Below are positions 1 to 9,002 of a stretch of 32,000 bases of DNA, piece after piece. Under the pieces are notes generated by a model. That model saw only the letters and a list, made by a program, of their open reading frames with translations, was not told where the DNA came from and did not search any database. Position 1 is the first letter of the stretch, and every line of letters starts with the position of its first letter. The position numbers were made by a program, and so were the translations under genes. Origin of the DNA: Fibrobacter succinogenes subsp. succinogenes S85 (GTDB taxonomy: Bacteria > Fibrobacterota > Fibrobacteria > Fibrobacterales > Fibrobacteraceae); assembly GCF_000146505.1 (NCBI RefSeq), contig NC_017448.1, forward strand, positions 240,001-272,000, written 5' to 3'.

Positions 1-63
1 GATTACGAAGTGGAAAAACTCGCCGATTTGATGGTCCGCCTCATCAAGAAATATATAGAATAA
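1..63 (+). CDS. 3' end of an unidentified CDS (...DYEVEKLADLMVRLIKKYIE*), truncated by the window edge
   Basis: Frame 1 is open from base 1 to TAA at 61-63. A strong intrinsic terminator follows about 25 nt later. Too short to assign a family. Confidence 0.35.
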   Translation, partial: DYEVEKLADLMVRLIKKYIE

Positions 64-87
64 ATCGTAACCAATAACATACTCAAA

Positions 88-121
88 GTGCCGCGGTTTC
101 TCGTCGCGGCACTTTCTTTTT
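88..121 (+). terminator. Rho-independent terminator
   Basis: Perfect 8-bp GC-rich stem GTGCCGCG (88-95) / CGCGGCAC (105-112) followed by TTTCTTTTT (113-121). Confidence 0.7.
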
Positions 122-152
122 ACAATGTCAAATCATTTCTATAGCATCAACT

Positions 153-2849
153 TTACTTAATCTCGTCAGAAAATTTTTTGTAGAGATTGTAGAGCAGACC
201 GAAGAAATAAGCAACACTGAACGAAACATCAGTCGTATCATCATCATTATTCAGATAACACCAAGCTAAAGCATCGCCTTCTTCAAACACAACTTCATCT
301 TTGGATTTGCTCAGATAGAAGTCAGCAACATACGTTTCAAGCAATACAATTTTTTCTTTCAACTTGATAAATTCTGTACTCTTGCTGGAATCTGTAAATT
401 TATAACCATAGTCATTCTTTAAATAGCTTCGATACAGATATCTGTAAAGACTATAGAGCGTGTAGTACAGCTCGTATGACATAAATTGGTTATCTTTTCC
501 TATTCCCATAGTCGCATCGCCAGGAATAAAGAAATCTCCGTCAAGAATCACCTGCGTTTGCACTTTAAGCAGGTTGTAATAACGTTCCCAACGCGGAATA
601 TCGACATTCGAAAGATGAACAACATCGTCTTCTTTTTTGAATTTATCCGTATATTGTTCAAGAAGATCAATGCAGTCTTCAACTTCTTTCTTCAAATCTA
701 CTTTTTCATAGCGTTCTTCGTCGGTTTTTGCATTTTTGTCTTTTTCAAAAAGCACTTCGCCATCATGCTTGTCAATAATATCAAAGCACTTGAATCGGTC
801 GCAGTCTATAGAGACCATAGCTTTCGATATTTGTTTAAGAGCCCCACATGAACCCGTGTACTTACCCGCAGCAACCAATCTCAGATCCTGGAGAGTAACC
901 ATCGTTGCTGAGCCACTTATGGCTTTAATTTGGTCAGCATTTTCAACCTTATGATAAAGTATTGCTCCATTTTTCACAACGAACAAGAAATACGAGGTTG
1001 TCGCATCTTCAGGCACTTTGAGGTACATATCGCAACTGATTTTGCTTGCAGCCCTTTCGCCATCAAAGAAAATGGATATATAATCCAGCAACGTTTCTGC
1101 AGGCATTTGTGCTGTAGAATCAGACGAAGACCTTTTCGAATGAATTTTACCATTACGGAGTTCATAAGCCGCAGAAAGGTAAGCGTTACGCCAAGTTCCC
1201 GATTCACATTGGTAACCGAGCTGCTGCAAAGCGGAAGCACACAAATCCTTCGCAACAGACTCATTTTCATCGCCAGCAAGGATGATTTGATTTGCCATAT
1301 AAGCGGCAGTCCAGAAATTTCCAGCCGCAATATCGTCGCTAATCATAGACAACATTTTTTCTTTACTGCCAGCCTGCATGTAGCGCATCATTTCTTTCGC
1401 TAACTGTTCCGGCGGAAGTTCCTGAAGATGAATGGGATTTGCATCGTACCATCCAAGATATTTCTGATAAATGGCCTTGGCATTGTGTACAGGTGTACCA
1501 TAGAAAGGCTTAAGGCTCCAGTTTTTCTGAATACCTCTCGGCAGTACAAGCATATCGGCCACTTCGTCCATCTTGTAGCCCATATTCATATAAAGTAGAG
1601 TCTGGTCGTGGATGTACTTGTAAATGGATGCTGTATCAATAATGAATTTGCGGATATCAACATCCAGCACATTACCTTTTTCATCTGTTTTGCTGCGCCA
1701 GTGAGGCCAGTTATGGCTTTGGAAAATAACATCCGTATTGTCTCCATACAAGAGAGCCGTTTGCATCAGATAACTAGCCCAAGCCTTGGCATCACGAATT
1801 TCCGCCCCACGAAGGGTGTAAAGGTTGTGGAGCGTACCGGAGCAGTTTTCGGCAAGCCACAAAGCTCTATATTCCGGGATATAATTATTCATTTCGGCAG
1901 GCGCTTCTGTCCCTGGCGTCAACTGGAATTCTACTTTAATTTTGTCAAGTATCAGTGTTGTATTTTTCGAAATTTCAATTGTCGGCTTCCCCACTGCTGA
2001 CGGGCGCCCTGTAGACTGGCCTTGACCAATACCAATACTTATTTCTCCGTGGACGTCATTGGGGTCCGACGGCTTGATAAAGCTTCCGTACTGGTAAGAA
2101 GCGCGTCTGCCCATGGCGTTGCCCAAGTAAACATTTTCGCTTACAGAATGGTCGTAAAAACCGGCGGGGGCAAGAATAAAGCGGTTAGCGACCTTTTTTA
2201 CATCATTCTCGGATTCTTTTTCGTCAATGTTTCCATTACCAGAATCGATAAAATATTTAGCGACAGTTTCCATTCCACCATAATGGTCAATGTGGGAATG
2301 ACTGATAATCATCCCAACGATGGAACCGCTAAGCGAATAACCTGAAAGCGTCTCTTTCAAATATTCTTCAAAAAGTTTCATCGCTGCATCTGTACACTCG
2401 TTGCTCATAAGTGTGTCAAAGACAATCCAACGAGGCAATTCAATGTCACGGCAGCCTTCTATAGGAGGGTTGCTCCTTACGAATGTCAGATTGGACATGT
2501 CATAGCCGCGAACTTGGTATATTTTTCCCTTTAGAACTTCAAACACGCCCGACAGATGGTTGCTAGCCCCATTTTCCCAAAGATTCGGATGGACGCACAA
2601 ATGATTATTGTCTTTGACATTGTATTTATTTTCTAAAAACTTGTAGTTTACCTGTGACCACACTGGTTGATCGTTGGTTGTTTTAATATCAGGAACAACT
2701 TCTCCGCAGCTACCGTATTCTGCAATTGTGTATTCCGAAGATCGTTGATTATTGCCGAGCTCACTACGTAATGCTTCGTAATGATTTTTTACACGCGTAA
2801 AAGCGCTAGAATCTAAATTTTGAGTATCGTTGGAGGTGTTTTCGCTCAT
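153..2849 (-). CDS. MBL-fold alkyl/aryl-sulfatase homologue (SdsA1/Bds1/YjcS type) with extra C-terminal domain, 898 aa
   Basis: Metallo-beta-lactamase metal motif SHSHIDHYGG and family-typical HNLYTLRGAEIRDAKAWASYL. These are followed by a dimerisation-like region and an SCP2-like region ending near ...FKCFDIIDKHDG. About 215 further residues resemble nothing I recognise. No N-terminal signal peptide (MSENTSNDTQNLDSS...). Confidence 0.8.
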   Translation of the reverse strand: MSENTSNDTQNLDSSAFTRVKNHYEALRSELGNNQRSSEYTIAEYGSCGEVVPDIKTTNDQPVWSQVNYKFLENKYNVKDNNHLCVHPNLWENGASNHLSGVFEVLKGKIYQVRGYDMSNLTFVRSNPPIEGCRDIELPRWIVFDTLMSNECTDAAMKLFEEYLKETLSGYSLSGSIVGMIISHSHIDHYGGMETVAKYFIDSGNGNIDEKESENDVKKVANRFILAPAGFYDHSVSENVYLGNAMGRRASYQYGSFIKPSDPNDVHGEISIGIGQGQSTGRPSAVGKPTIEISKNTTLILDKIKVEFQLTPGTEAPAEMNNYIPEYRALWLAENCSGTLHNLYTLRGAEIRDAKAWASYLMQTALLYGDNTDVIFQSHNWPHWRSKTDEKGNVLDVDIRKFIIDTASIYKYIHDQTLLYMNMGYKMDEVADMLVLPRGIQKNWSLKPFYGTPVHNAKAIYQKYLGWYDANPIHLQELPPEQLAKEMMRYMQAGSKEKMLSMISDDIAAGNFWTAAYMANQIILAGDENESVAKDLCASALQQLGYQCESGTWRNAYLSAAYELRNGKIHSKRSSSDSTAQMPAETLLDYISIFFDGERAASKISCDMYLKVPEDATTSYFLFVVKNGAILYHKVENADQIKAISGSATMVTLQDLRLVAAGKYTGSCGALKQISKAMVSIDCDRFKCFDIIDKHDGEVLFEKDKNAKTDEERYEKVDLKKEVEDCIDLLEQYTDKFKKEDDVVHLSNVDIPRWERYYNLLKVQTQVILDGDFFIPGDATMGIGKDNQFMSYELYYTLYSLYRYLYRSYLKNDYGYKFTDSSKSTEFIKLKEKIVLLETYVADFYLSKSKDEVVFEEGDALAWCYLNNDDDTTDVSFSVAYFFGLLYNLYKKFSDEIK

Positions 2850-3110
2850 GTTTCCCCTTTGATATTAGAGAGTGATTTTTTGTTAATATTACCTCAAACA
2901 TACAATAAAGTTACAACAATAAAATAAAACCGTCAATATACTTTAGATGAAATATTTTCCTTTGTTTTCAAATAAAAAAGATAATTTGTAAAGATTTTTA
3001 AGTAATGTTGCAAATAAAGAAACAAAATTTATAATAATTAATTTAAATAGAATCAAAAAAGAATTTCGTTTATGCTGTGGCCATTGCGGCGGTCAATGCG
3101 ACGAATCCTT

Positions 3111-3144
3111 GCAAAAAAGAGGCACTTTTCAAGCACCTCTTTTT
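3111..3144 (-). terminator. Intrinsic terminator downstream of the ICMT-like gene (A-tract/T-tract on both sides, possibly bidirectional)
   Basis: The minus strand reads AGAGGUGC-uugaaaa-GUGCCUCU followed by UUUUUU. This is an 8-bp stem (2 G-U pairs) at 3118-3140, 27 nt past the stop at 3167. Confidence 0.55.
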
Positions 3145-3166
3145 ATAAATCGTTGGCCTTTAATTT

Positions 3167-3646
3167 TTAAAATCTTCTGCGGATTTTGCAGAATTCTTCG
3201 TATTCTTTGCCAAAGTCGCGGCGGAGTCGGCGTTCTTCGCTAAAGACCTGCACCATCATAATAGCGACAAATGCGGCATACACGAGCAAAGCTTGCCAAT
3301 GCCAAATCCAGACGGCTGCTCCGACAAGGTAAATGAATGTTCCCGTAAGCATCGGGTTTCTATTCAGGCGATACGGGCCGTCAGTCATCAGGTGGCTAGT
3401 GCGCGGAGCAACTTCATGTCCGAACGCGTCCATCGGATTCCCTTTCCCGCGGCGTTTCATGTAAACGATTGTCCAAATGCTTAATGCAAGCCCGGCTAGC
3501 ATTATCGCGATGACAACCCCTCCCCTAGCGATATCAATCGGCAATAAATCCGGCATCCCCGAGGCAAGCCACATCAGCGTTGGAATTAGCCCTACAAATA
3601 GCACTCCCCCGAGCACGTAACCGACAATTTCACGCAAAAGTTTCAT
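3167..3646 (-). CDS. Isoprenylcysteine carboxyl methyltransferase (ICMT)/phospholipid methyltransferase family membrane protein, 159 aa
   Basis: Four to five hydrophobic helices. The C-terminal signature is typical of the family: NPMLTG...SEERRLRRDFGKEYEEF. Confidence 0.7.
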   Translation of the reverse strand: MKLLREIVGYVLGGVLFVGLIPTLMWLASGMPDLLPIDIARGGVVIAIMLAGLALSIWTIVYMKRRGKGNPMDAFGHEVAPRTSHLMTDGPYRLNRNPMLTGTFIYLVGAAVWIWHWQALLVYAAFVAIMMVQVFSEERRLRRDFGKEYEEFCKIRRRF

Positions 3647-3787
3647 GTAACCCTCCTATATAATACAAGTGTGATAAAATATAAATGATTTCGAACAGAT
3701 TTCCTTAAAATTGCCCTAAAAAAAGCAAAATCACCAGTGGCTTTAATGTATTTTTCTAAACAGAAGGAGTTTCTTGCAGGAGTAAAA

Positions 3788-4636
3788 ATGAAATTGTCTT
3801 ACAGAACCATGATAGCTTCGCTTATTGGCTTGACATTCTGCTTTTTCGCATGTGCAAATGACGAAAATGGGATGAAGGCAGACGGAACTCTAGATTACGA
3901 AGCAATTAAAGACAGCACATTACACTGGAATGTGACTATATATCGTATTCAAAAATTTAACGGAGATACAAGCGAATGGGATGCATTAGATTGCCGCGTT
4001 CATGATTCTAACTTTAATTGTCGTCGAGTGACTAATGTCGATTGCAATCGAGATATTGTGCGTATGCTGAGCTGTAGAGATGCCAATAACAACTTTATTG
4101 AATGCCCTGGTTACAAAGACACCATTTACGACACGACTTACAAGAATTTAAACTTTGGCAAAGACGCTCTCGTCAATTACATTCCCGTCGCAAAAATTCC
4201 CGCCTTCAATCGAGATTCTGTTGCAAAGCTTTTTTCAAAAATTTCTGGAGAACCTTGTTCAAGACTGCTGTCGTTTAGTTCAAATTATCATCTTGAAGCA
4301 ATCGGTTTGCCAGACAGTCTGACGTTGAACCTCGAAAGAGAATATATTCCAGAAGAGTACATACGACCTAAAGATTTTTTCGTCCATTTGAGTTTAATTA
4401 CAAATGAATCTACAGGTGAAAAGACCTGCAGGCAAGATTCGTCACGAATAATGTACAACTTCTACCCAGGCACATGCTATTACTCGTCTTTGCCGGAAAA
4501 AGCTAAAGTTGTAAACTATGAACTCTTCAATACAACCATTCAATCCTACAAAGACACCACAATTTCGTGGAAACTTGTCTACAAGGACCAATACGGTCGC
4601 GGCGATACGCTTGATATAACTACAAAGTTTGAATAA
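3788..4636 (+). CDS. Hypothetical Cys-rich lipoprotein (282 aa from the ATG at 3788)
   Basis: AGGAG sits 6 nt upstream of ATG 3788. The N-terminus MKLSYRTMIASLIGLTFCFFAC has a lipobox-like FFAC. The mature part has a cysteine cluster (CRVHDSNFNCRRVTNVDCNRDIVRMLSCRDANNNFIEC). No family recognised. The ORF track extends to a GTG at 3737. Confidence 0.6.
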   Translation: MKLSYRTMIASLIGLTFCFFACANDENGMKADGTLDYEAIKDSTLHWNVTIYRIQKFNGDTSEWDALDCRVHDSNFNCRRVTNVDCNRDIVRMLSCRDANNNFIECPGYKDTIYDTTYKNLNFGKDALVNYIPVAKIPAFNRDSVAKLFSKISGEPCSRLLSFSSNYHLEAIGLPDSLTLNLEREYIPEEYIRPKDFFVHLSLITNESTGEKTCRQDSSRIMYNFYPGTCYYSSLPEKAKVVNYELFNTTIQSYKDTTISWKLVYKDQYGRGDTLDITTKFE

Positions 4637-4649
4637 GGGATATTCCGGC

Positions 4650-4754
4650 CTTCGCGGGAATGACAATGTGTACGTCACTCAGGATGACACGTAAAAATCC
4701 CGCCACTATCGCTAGATTCTTCGACTACGGGCTTTGCCCTCCGCTCAGAATGAC
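4650..4754. repeat. Cluster of short interspersed intergenic repeats (three ...GRAATGAC cores plus a CTTCGAC box)
   Basis: The cores are CTTCGCGGGAATGACA (4650-4665), CTCAGGATGAC (4678-4688) and CTCAGAATGAC (4744-4754), with CTTCGAC at 4719-4725. The same CTTCGAC...CTCAGG(AT)GAC arrangement recurs at 11652-11722. Confidence 0.6.
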
Positions 4755-4760
4755 TCATTA

Positions 4761-4797
4761 ATACAACAAAACACCCTTGCGACTTTCATCGCAAGGG
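4761..4797 (-). terminator. Intrinsic terminator of pckG
   Basis: 9-bp stem CCCTTGCGA (4774-4782) / TCGCAAGGG (4789-4797). On the minus strand it is followed by UGUUUUGUUG. It lies about 60 nt past the pckG stop. Confidence 0.6.
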
Positions 4798-4855
4798 CAT
4801 TTAAGTTCGCTAGGAACTAGACACAGAGTGTCGCGACATCAAGCCGCGGCAAACA

Positions 4856-6718
4856 TTATGCCTTATTGAGGCGATCCTGGATCATGTCGATGATTTCAGA
4901 GAGTTCCTTCGGGAGGTGCTTGCCGAACTTCGGATAGTGGTTTTCCTTAACGTCAGCGAGTTCCTTCTTCCAGCCTTCCACGTCAACCTTCGTGATCTGC
5001 GGGAGAGTTTCCTTATAGTAGTCAGCGAGACCATCAGTATTGATGGCGCCTTCCTTCGGCATGTAACCGATCGGAGTTTCGACAGCGTTGTCAACACCGT
5101 TGCAGCGGTCGAAGATCCAAGCGAGCACGCGGCTGTTGTCGCCGTAACCCGGCCACATGAAGCCACCCGGAAGCTTTTCGTTGTTGGCATCCTTGCGGAA
5201 CCAGTTCACGTAGAAGATCTTCGGAAGCTTGTCTTCAGTGGACTTCTGACCGATTTCGATCCAGTGCTTGAAGTAGTCACCCATGTTGTAGCCGCAGAAC
5301 GGGAGGATTGCGAACGGGTCGCGACGGATCTTACCGACCTGAGAGGCGTCAATCGTAGAGGCAGCCGTGATTTCGGAACCAACGATGGAGCCGAGGAACA
5401 CGCCGTGGTTCCAGCTGAGGGACTGGTGGACCAGAGGAATGGTGGACGGACGACGGCCACCGAAGAGGATTGCAGAGATAGGCACGCCTGCCGGATCTTC
5501 CCATTCCTTAGCAATGCACGGGCACTGCTTAGCCGGAGCGGTGAAGCGAGCGTTCGGGTGAGCCATTTCTTCGCCCTTAGGAGCCTTGTCCTTCGGGAGA
5601 GCGTCACGGGTCTTGCCCTTCCAGTCAACGAGCTTGCCCTGTGCCGGGTAGCCGATGCCTTCCCACCACACGTCGCCGTCTTCAGTGAGAGCGCAGTTCG
5701 TGTAGATCGTGTTCTTTTCAGCAGAAACAAGAGCGTTCTTGTTGGATTCTGCAGAAGTACCCGGGGCAACGCCGAAGAAGCCAGCTTCCGGGTTGATAGC
5801 ATAGAGACGGCCATCCTTGCCAAACTTCATCCATGCAATGTCGTCACCGATGGTTTCGACCTTCCAGCCCGGGATAGTCGGGATGAGCATGGCGAGGTTC
5901 GTCTTACCGCAAGCAGACGGGAATGCGCCAGTCACGTACTTGACTTCGCCCTTCGGGTTGGTGAGCTTGAGGATGAGCATGTGTTCAGCGAGCCAGCCTT
6001 CGTCGCGAGCGAGAACGGTAGCAATGCGGAGAGCAAAGCACTTCTTGCCGAGGAGGGCGTTTCCACCGTAACCGGAACCGTAGGACCAAATGAGGCGTTC
6101 TTCCGGGAACTGCGTGATGTACTTGTATTCAACGTCAGCGCACGGCCAGATGCCGTTGTCGCTTTCGCATTCGCGGAGCGGCTTACCAACGGAGTGGAGG
6201 CACGGAACGAATTCAGCGTTCACGTCAGCGTTGAAGATATCGAGAACCTTCTTGCCAGCGCGAGTCATGATGTCCATGTTGAGAACGACGTATTCGGAGT
6301 CAGTGACTTCGATACCGTTCTTGGAGATCGGGGAGCCGAGCGGGCCCATGCAGAACGGGATCACGTACATGGTACGGCCGTGCATACAACCCTTGTAGAG
6401 CTTACGCATCGTCTGCTTGAGTTCAGACGGGTCGATCCAGTGGTTGGTCGGACCTGCATCTTCTTCCTTGACAGAAGAGATGAACGTACGGGATTCGACG
6501 CGAGCCACGTCAGACGGAAGAGAACGGAACAAGTAGCAGTTTTCCTTCTTGGCAAGCTTCGTTGCGAGGCCGGCCTTGACGCACTTCTGCATGAGGGCAT
6601 CATATTCTTCCTGGGTACCGTCAACGACGACGACGTTGTCCGGTTCGCACATGGCAATCATTTCATTCACCCAAGTACTGATTTTCGGGTGCTTGATATC
6701 GTTAAGAGTAAGACTCAT
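4856..6718 (-). CDS. pckG: Phosphoenolpyruvate carboxykinase (GTP), 620 aa
   Basis: Full-length match in character to GTP-PEPCKs. It has the kinase-1a P-loop [24 protein letters not shown], and the [13 protein letters not shown] and FGGRRP motifs. AGGAG lies 7 nt upstream of the ATG. Confidence 0.95.
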   Translation of the reverse strand: MSLTLNDIKHPKISTWVNEMIAMCEPDNVVVVDGTQEEYDALMQKCVKAGLATKLAKKENCYLFRSLPSDVARVESRTFISSVKEEDAGPTNHWIDPSELKQTMRKLYKGCMHGRTMYVIPFCMGPLGSPISKNGIEVTDSEYVVLNMDIMTRAGKKVLDIFNADVNAEFVPCLHSVGKPLRECESDNGIWPCADVEYKYITQFPEERLIWSYGSGYGGNALLGKKCFALRIATVLARDEGWLAEHMLILKLTNPKGEVKYVTGAFPSACGKTNLAMLIPTIPGWKVETIGDDIAWMKFGKDGRLYAINPEAGFFGVAPGTSAESNKNALVSAEKNTIYTNCALTEDGDVWWEGIGYPAQGKLVDWKGKTRDALPKDKAPKGEEMAHPNARFTAPAKQCPCIAKEWEDPAGVPISAILFGGRRPSTIPLVHQSLSWNHGVFLGSIVGSEITAASTIDASQVGKIRRDPFAILPFCGYNMGDYFKHWIEIGQKSTEDKLPKIFYVNWFRKDANNEKLPGGFMWPGYGDNSRVLAWIFDRCNGVDNAVETPIGYMPKEGAINTDGLADYYKETLPQITKVDVEGWKKELADVKENHYPKFGKHLPKELSEIIDMIQDRLNKA

Positions 6719-6904
6719 TATGAGCTCCTATTGGTTTAACGTGTTAGATTTCGAGATATTTCGAACGCGCTACAAGATAGCAAAAAATATGGGTATTGGT
6801 CAATAGTTTGACGCTAGACGAGAGGCCAAAGACGAAAGAAATTTCAGACCTGCACATCTGGATAGAATTTTTACAGAAAAACAATTATATATTATTGACC
6901 AGTT

Positions 6905-7963
6905 ATGATTACAACGATTATTTTAACAGTCCTTTTTCTCTTGGGCGATGCGGGCGTTCTGTTTTTAAGCCAAGAGAGCTTTGGTAAACTCCCGCAGGGT
7001 AAGCACCTGGAGCGCGTCAAAAAGTCCCCGCATTACGATGGCAAGCAGTTCGTGAATGACGAAGAAACGGAATTCATGACAGGCAACAAGAGCACGCTCA
7101 CTGTCTGGCGCGAATTCATGTTCAACAAAAAGAAGAACACCGTCCCCGACACCGCCATTCACGCTATAAAGACGGACTTGAGAAAACTCCCCAACGACAA
7201 AGATTGGATTGTTTGGTTCGGCCATTCGTCGTACCTTGTGAACCTTTCGGGTAAGAAAATTTTGGTGGACCCGGTGTTTTACAAGGGCTCCCCCGTCAAA
7301 TTTGCTAATAAGATGTTCAAGGGTACGGACATTTACAAGCCCGCCGACATGCCGGATATCGATTATCTGGTTATTACTCACGACCATTGGGACCATTTGG
7401 ATTATGAGACCGTCACAGAATTGGAACCGCGAGTGAAAAAGGTGGTAACCGCACTTGGTGTAGGCTCGCATTTGGAATACTGGCACTATCCCGTGAACAA
7501 ACTTATTGAGCTTGACTGGTGGGAAAAAGCGCAACTTGGCGACAGCACCCGCGTTACGGCAACGCCTGCAAGGCATTTCTCGGGTCGCGATTTGCACAAG
7601 AACAAGACGTTCTGGGCTTCGTTCGTCTATGAATCGCCTAAGCGTACGATTTGGATTGGCGGAGATGGCGGCTACGGATCGCACTACTCGAAAATCAAGG
7701 CGAACTTCCCGAACATCGATTTAGGGATTCTTGAAAACGGGCAATACAATCCGGACTGGGCGCAAGTCCATACGATGCCGCAATACTTGGGTCGTGAAAT
7801 GCTTGAACTTGGCGCTAAACGCTATCTGACCGTTCACCATTCGAAGTTCTGCCTGAGCAAGCATCCGTATTACGAGCCTCTCGAAAATGCGAAAAAGGCC
7901 GCCCAGGAATCTGGCAAGCCTTTGCTCATGCCGCTAATCGGCGAAGTTGTGTATTTAGATTAA
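6905..7963 (+). CDS. MBL-fold metallo-hydrolase, NAPE-PLD-like, with N-terminal membrane anchor, 352 aa
   Basis: N-terminal hydrophobic helix MITTIILTVLFLLGDAGVLFL. WFGHSSYLVNLSGKKILVDPVF ... IDYLVITHDHWDHLD matches the HxHxDH zinc motif and the NAPE-PLD family layout. Confidence 0.75.
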   Translation: MITTIILTVLFLLGDAGVLFLSQESFGKLPQGKHLERVKKSPHYDGKQFVNDEETEFMTGNKSTLTVWREFMFNKKKNTVPDTAIHAIKTDLRKLPNDKDWIVWFGHSSYLVNLSGKKILVDPVFYKGSPVKFANKMFKGTDIYKPADMPDIDYLVITHDHWDHLDYETVTELEPRVKKVVTALGVGSHLEYWHYPVNKLIELDWWEKAQLGDSTRVTATPARHFSGRDLHKNKTFWASFVYESPKRTIWIGGDGGYGSHYSKIKANFPNIDLGILENGQYNPDWAQVHTMPQYLGREMLELGAKRYLTVHHSKFCLSKHPYYEPLENAKKAAQESGKPLLMPLIGEVVYLD

Positions 7964-8638
7964 TTACACCCCGCGCATGTCGGGGTCCCACACGATTTTG
8001 TGCAGTTGCACTTGGAAGCGTGCGTTGTTTTGCGTCATGACCTTGCTACCCACCATCCAATTGACAATTTGCTCGTTGGTGAGTTCGCCCCATACCGGCG
8101 AAATAAAGATATGCGGCATATTATCTGGAGATGTTAGCGAGAGTCGCGCGACAACGCCTTCCGCTTCTTGCAAGTCTTCGACACTCCCGACAACGAACTT
8201 GAGCACGTCATTTTTGCCGAGTGAAATGATATTTTCCATCTTCATTCGGGCAGACATGCCGCTGCTTTTGCACTTCCAGTCCATCGTGTAGAAGAGTCCT
8301 GGCAACTGCCATTTGCAAGGAACCGTGCCGTTCGTCTCGATGTTGACTTCAAAGCCCGCATCACTGAATGCAGTAAGCAACTCGCCCACACCTTCGTGAA
8401 TCAGCGGTTCACCGCCTGTGAGCGTGACGCACTTGACACCGGATTCGTTGCGATACATTTCAACTGCAGCGAGGACCTCCCCCACGCTCATCTGCTTAAA
8501 GTCGGGACCTTCAACCGCATACATCGAATCGCAATAGCTACAGCGCAAGTTGCAGCCGTGCAGACGCACGAACACTGCCGCCTGCCCCATGCGAATCCCT
8601 TCGCCCTCGATACTCTTAAAAATTTCACAAACTTTCAT
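7964..8638 (-). CDS. queE: 7-carboxy-7-deazaguanine synthase (radical SAM), 224 aa
   Basis: N-terminal EGEG...FVRLHGCNLRCSYCDS radical-SAM cluster motif typical of QueE. It is the last gene of the queC-queD-queE operon. Confidence 0.9.
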   Translation of the reverse strand: MKVCEIFKSIEGEGIRMGQAAVFVRLHGCNLRCSYCDSMYAVEGPDFKQMSVGEVLAAVEMYRNESGVKCVTLTGGEPLIHEGVGELLTAFSDAGFEVNIETNGTVPCKWQLPGLFYTMDWKCKSSGMSARMKMENIISLGKNDVLKFVVGSVEDLQEAEGVVARLSLTSPDNMPHIFISPVWGELTNEQIVNWMVGSKVMTQNNARFQVQLHKIVWDPDMRGV

Positions 8639-8671
8639 AGAAAGAAAACGCCGCGATTCCCGCCCGCGCCC

Positions 8672-9001
8672 TTACACTTCGTACTCGACGGTATTGCCTT
8701 CGCTTTCCTGGACCTGCACCTTGTAGCAATGCGGCACCTGTTCGCAAATCCAGCGAGCCATGTTCTCCGCCGTCGGATTAAAGTTCACCACATCGTTCAA
8801 GAACTGGTGATCGAGCTTGCCCTTCACAATTTCCTTGATGCGCGAAAAATCGACCACCATGCCGTTTTCATCGAGAGTTTCGGACTGGCAGAACACCGTG
8901 ATAATCCAGTTGTGGCCATGCAGACCGCGGCACTTGCTTTCGTACGGGAGCGAGAGCTTGTGAGCCCCAGAAATTTCAATACGCTTGATAACTCTGTACA
9001 T
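8672..9001 (-). CDS. queD: 6-carboxy-5,6,7,8-tetrahydropterin synthase, 109 aa
   Basis: MYRVIKRIEISGAHKL...CRGLHGHNWIITV (PTPS/QueD zinc-His motif). ATG 9001 lies 1 nt after the queC stop (TAAtATG). The 174-aa ORF-track version is an upstream extension overlapping queC. Confidence 0.9.
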   Translation of the reverse strand: MYRVIKRIEISGAHKLSLPYESKCRGLHGHNWIITVFCQSETLDENGMVVDFSRIKEIVKGKLDHQFLNDVVNFNPTAENMARWICEQVPHCYKVQVQESEGNTVEYEV

Positions 9002-9002
9002 A

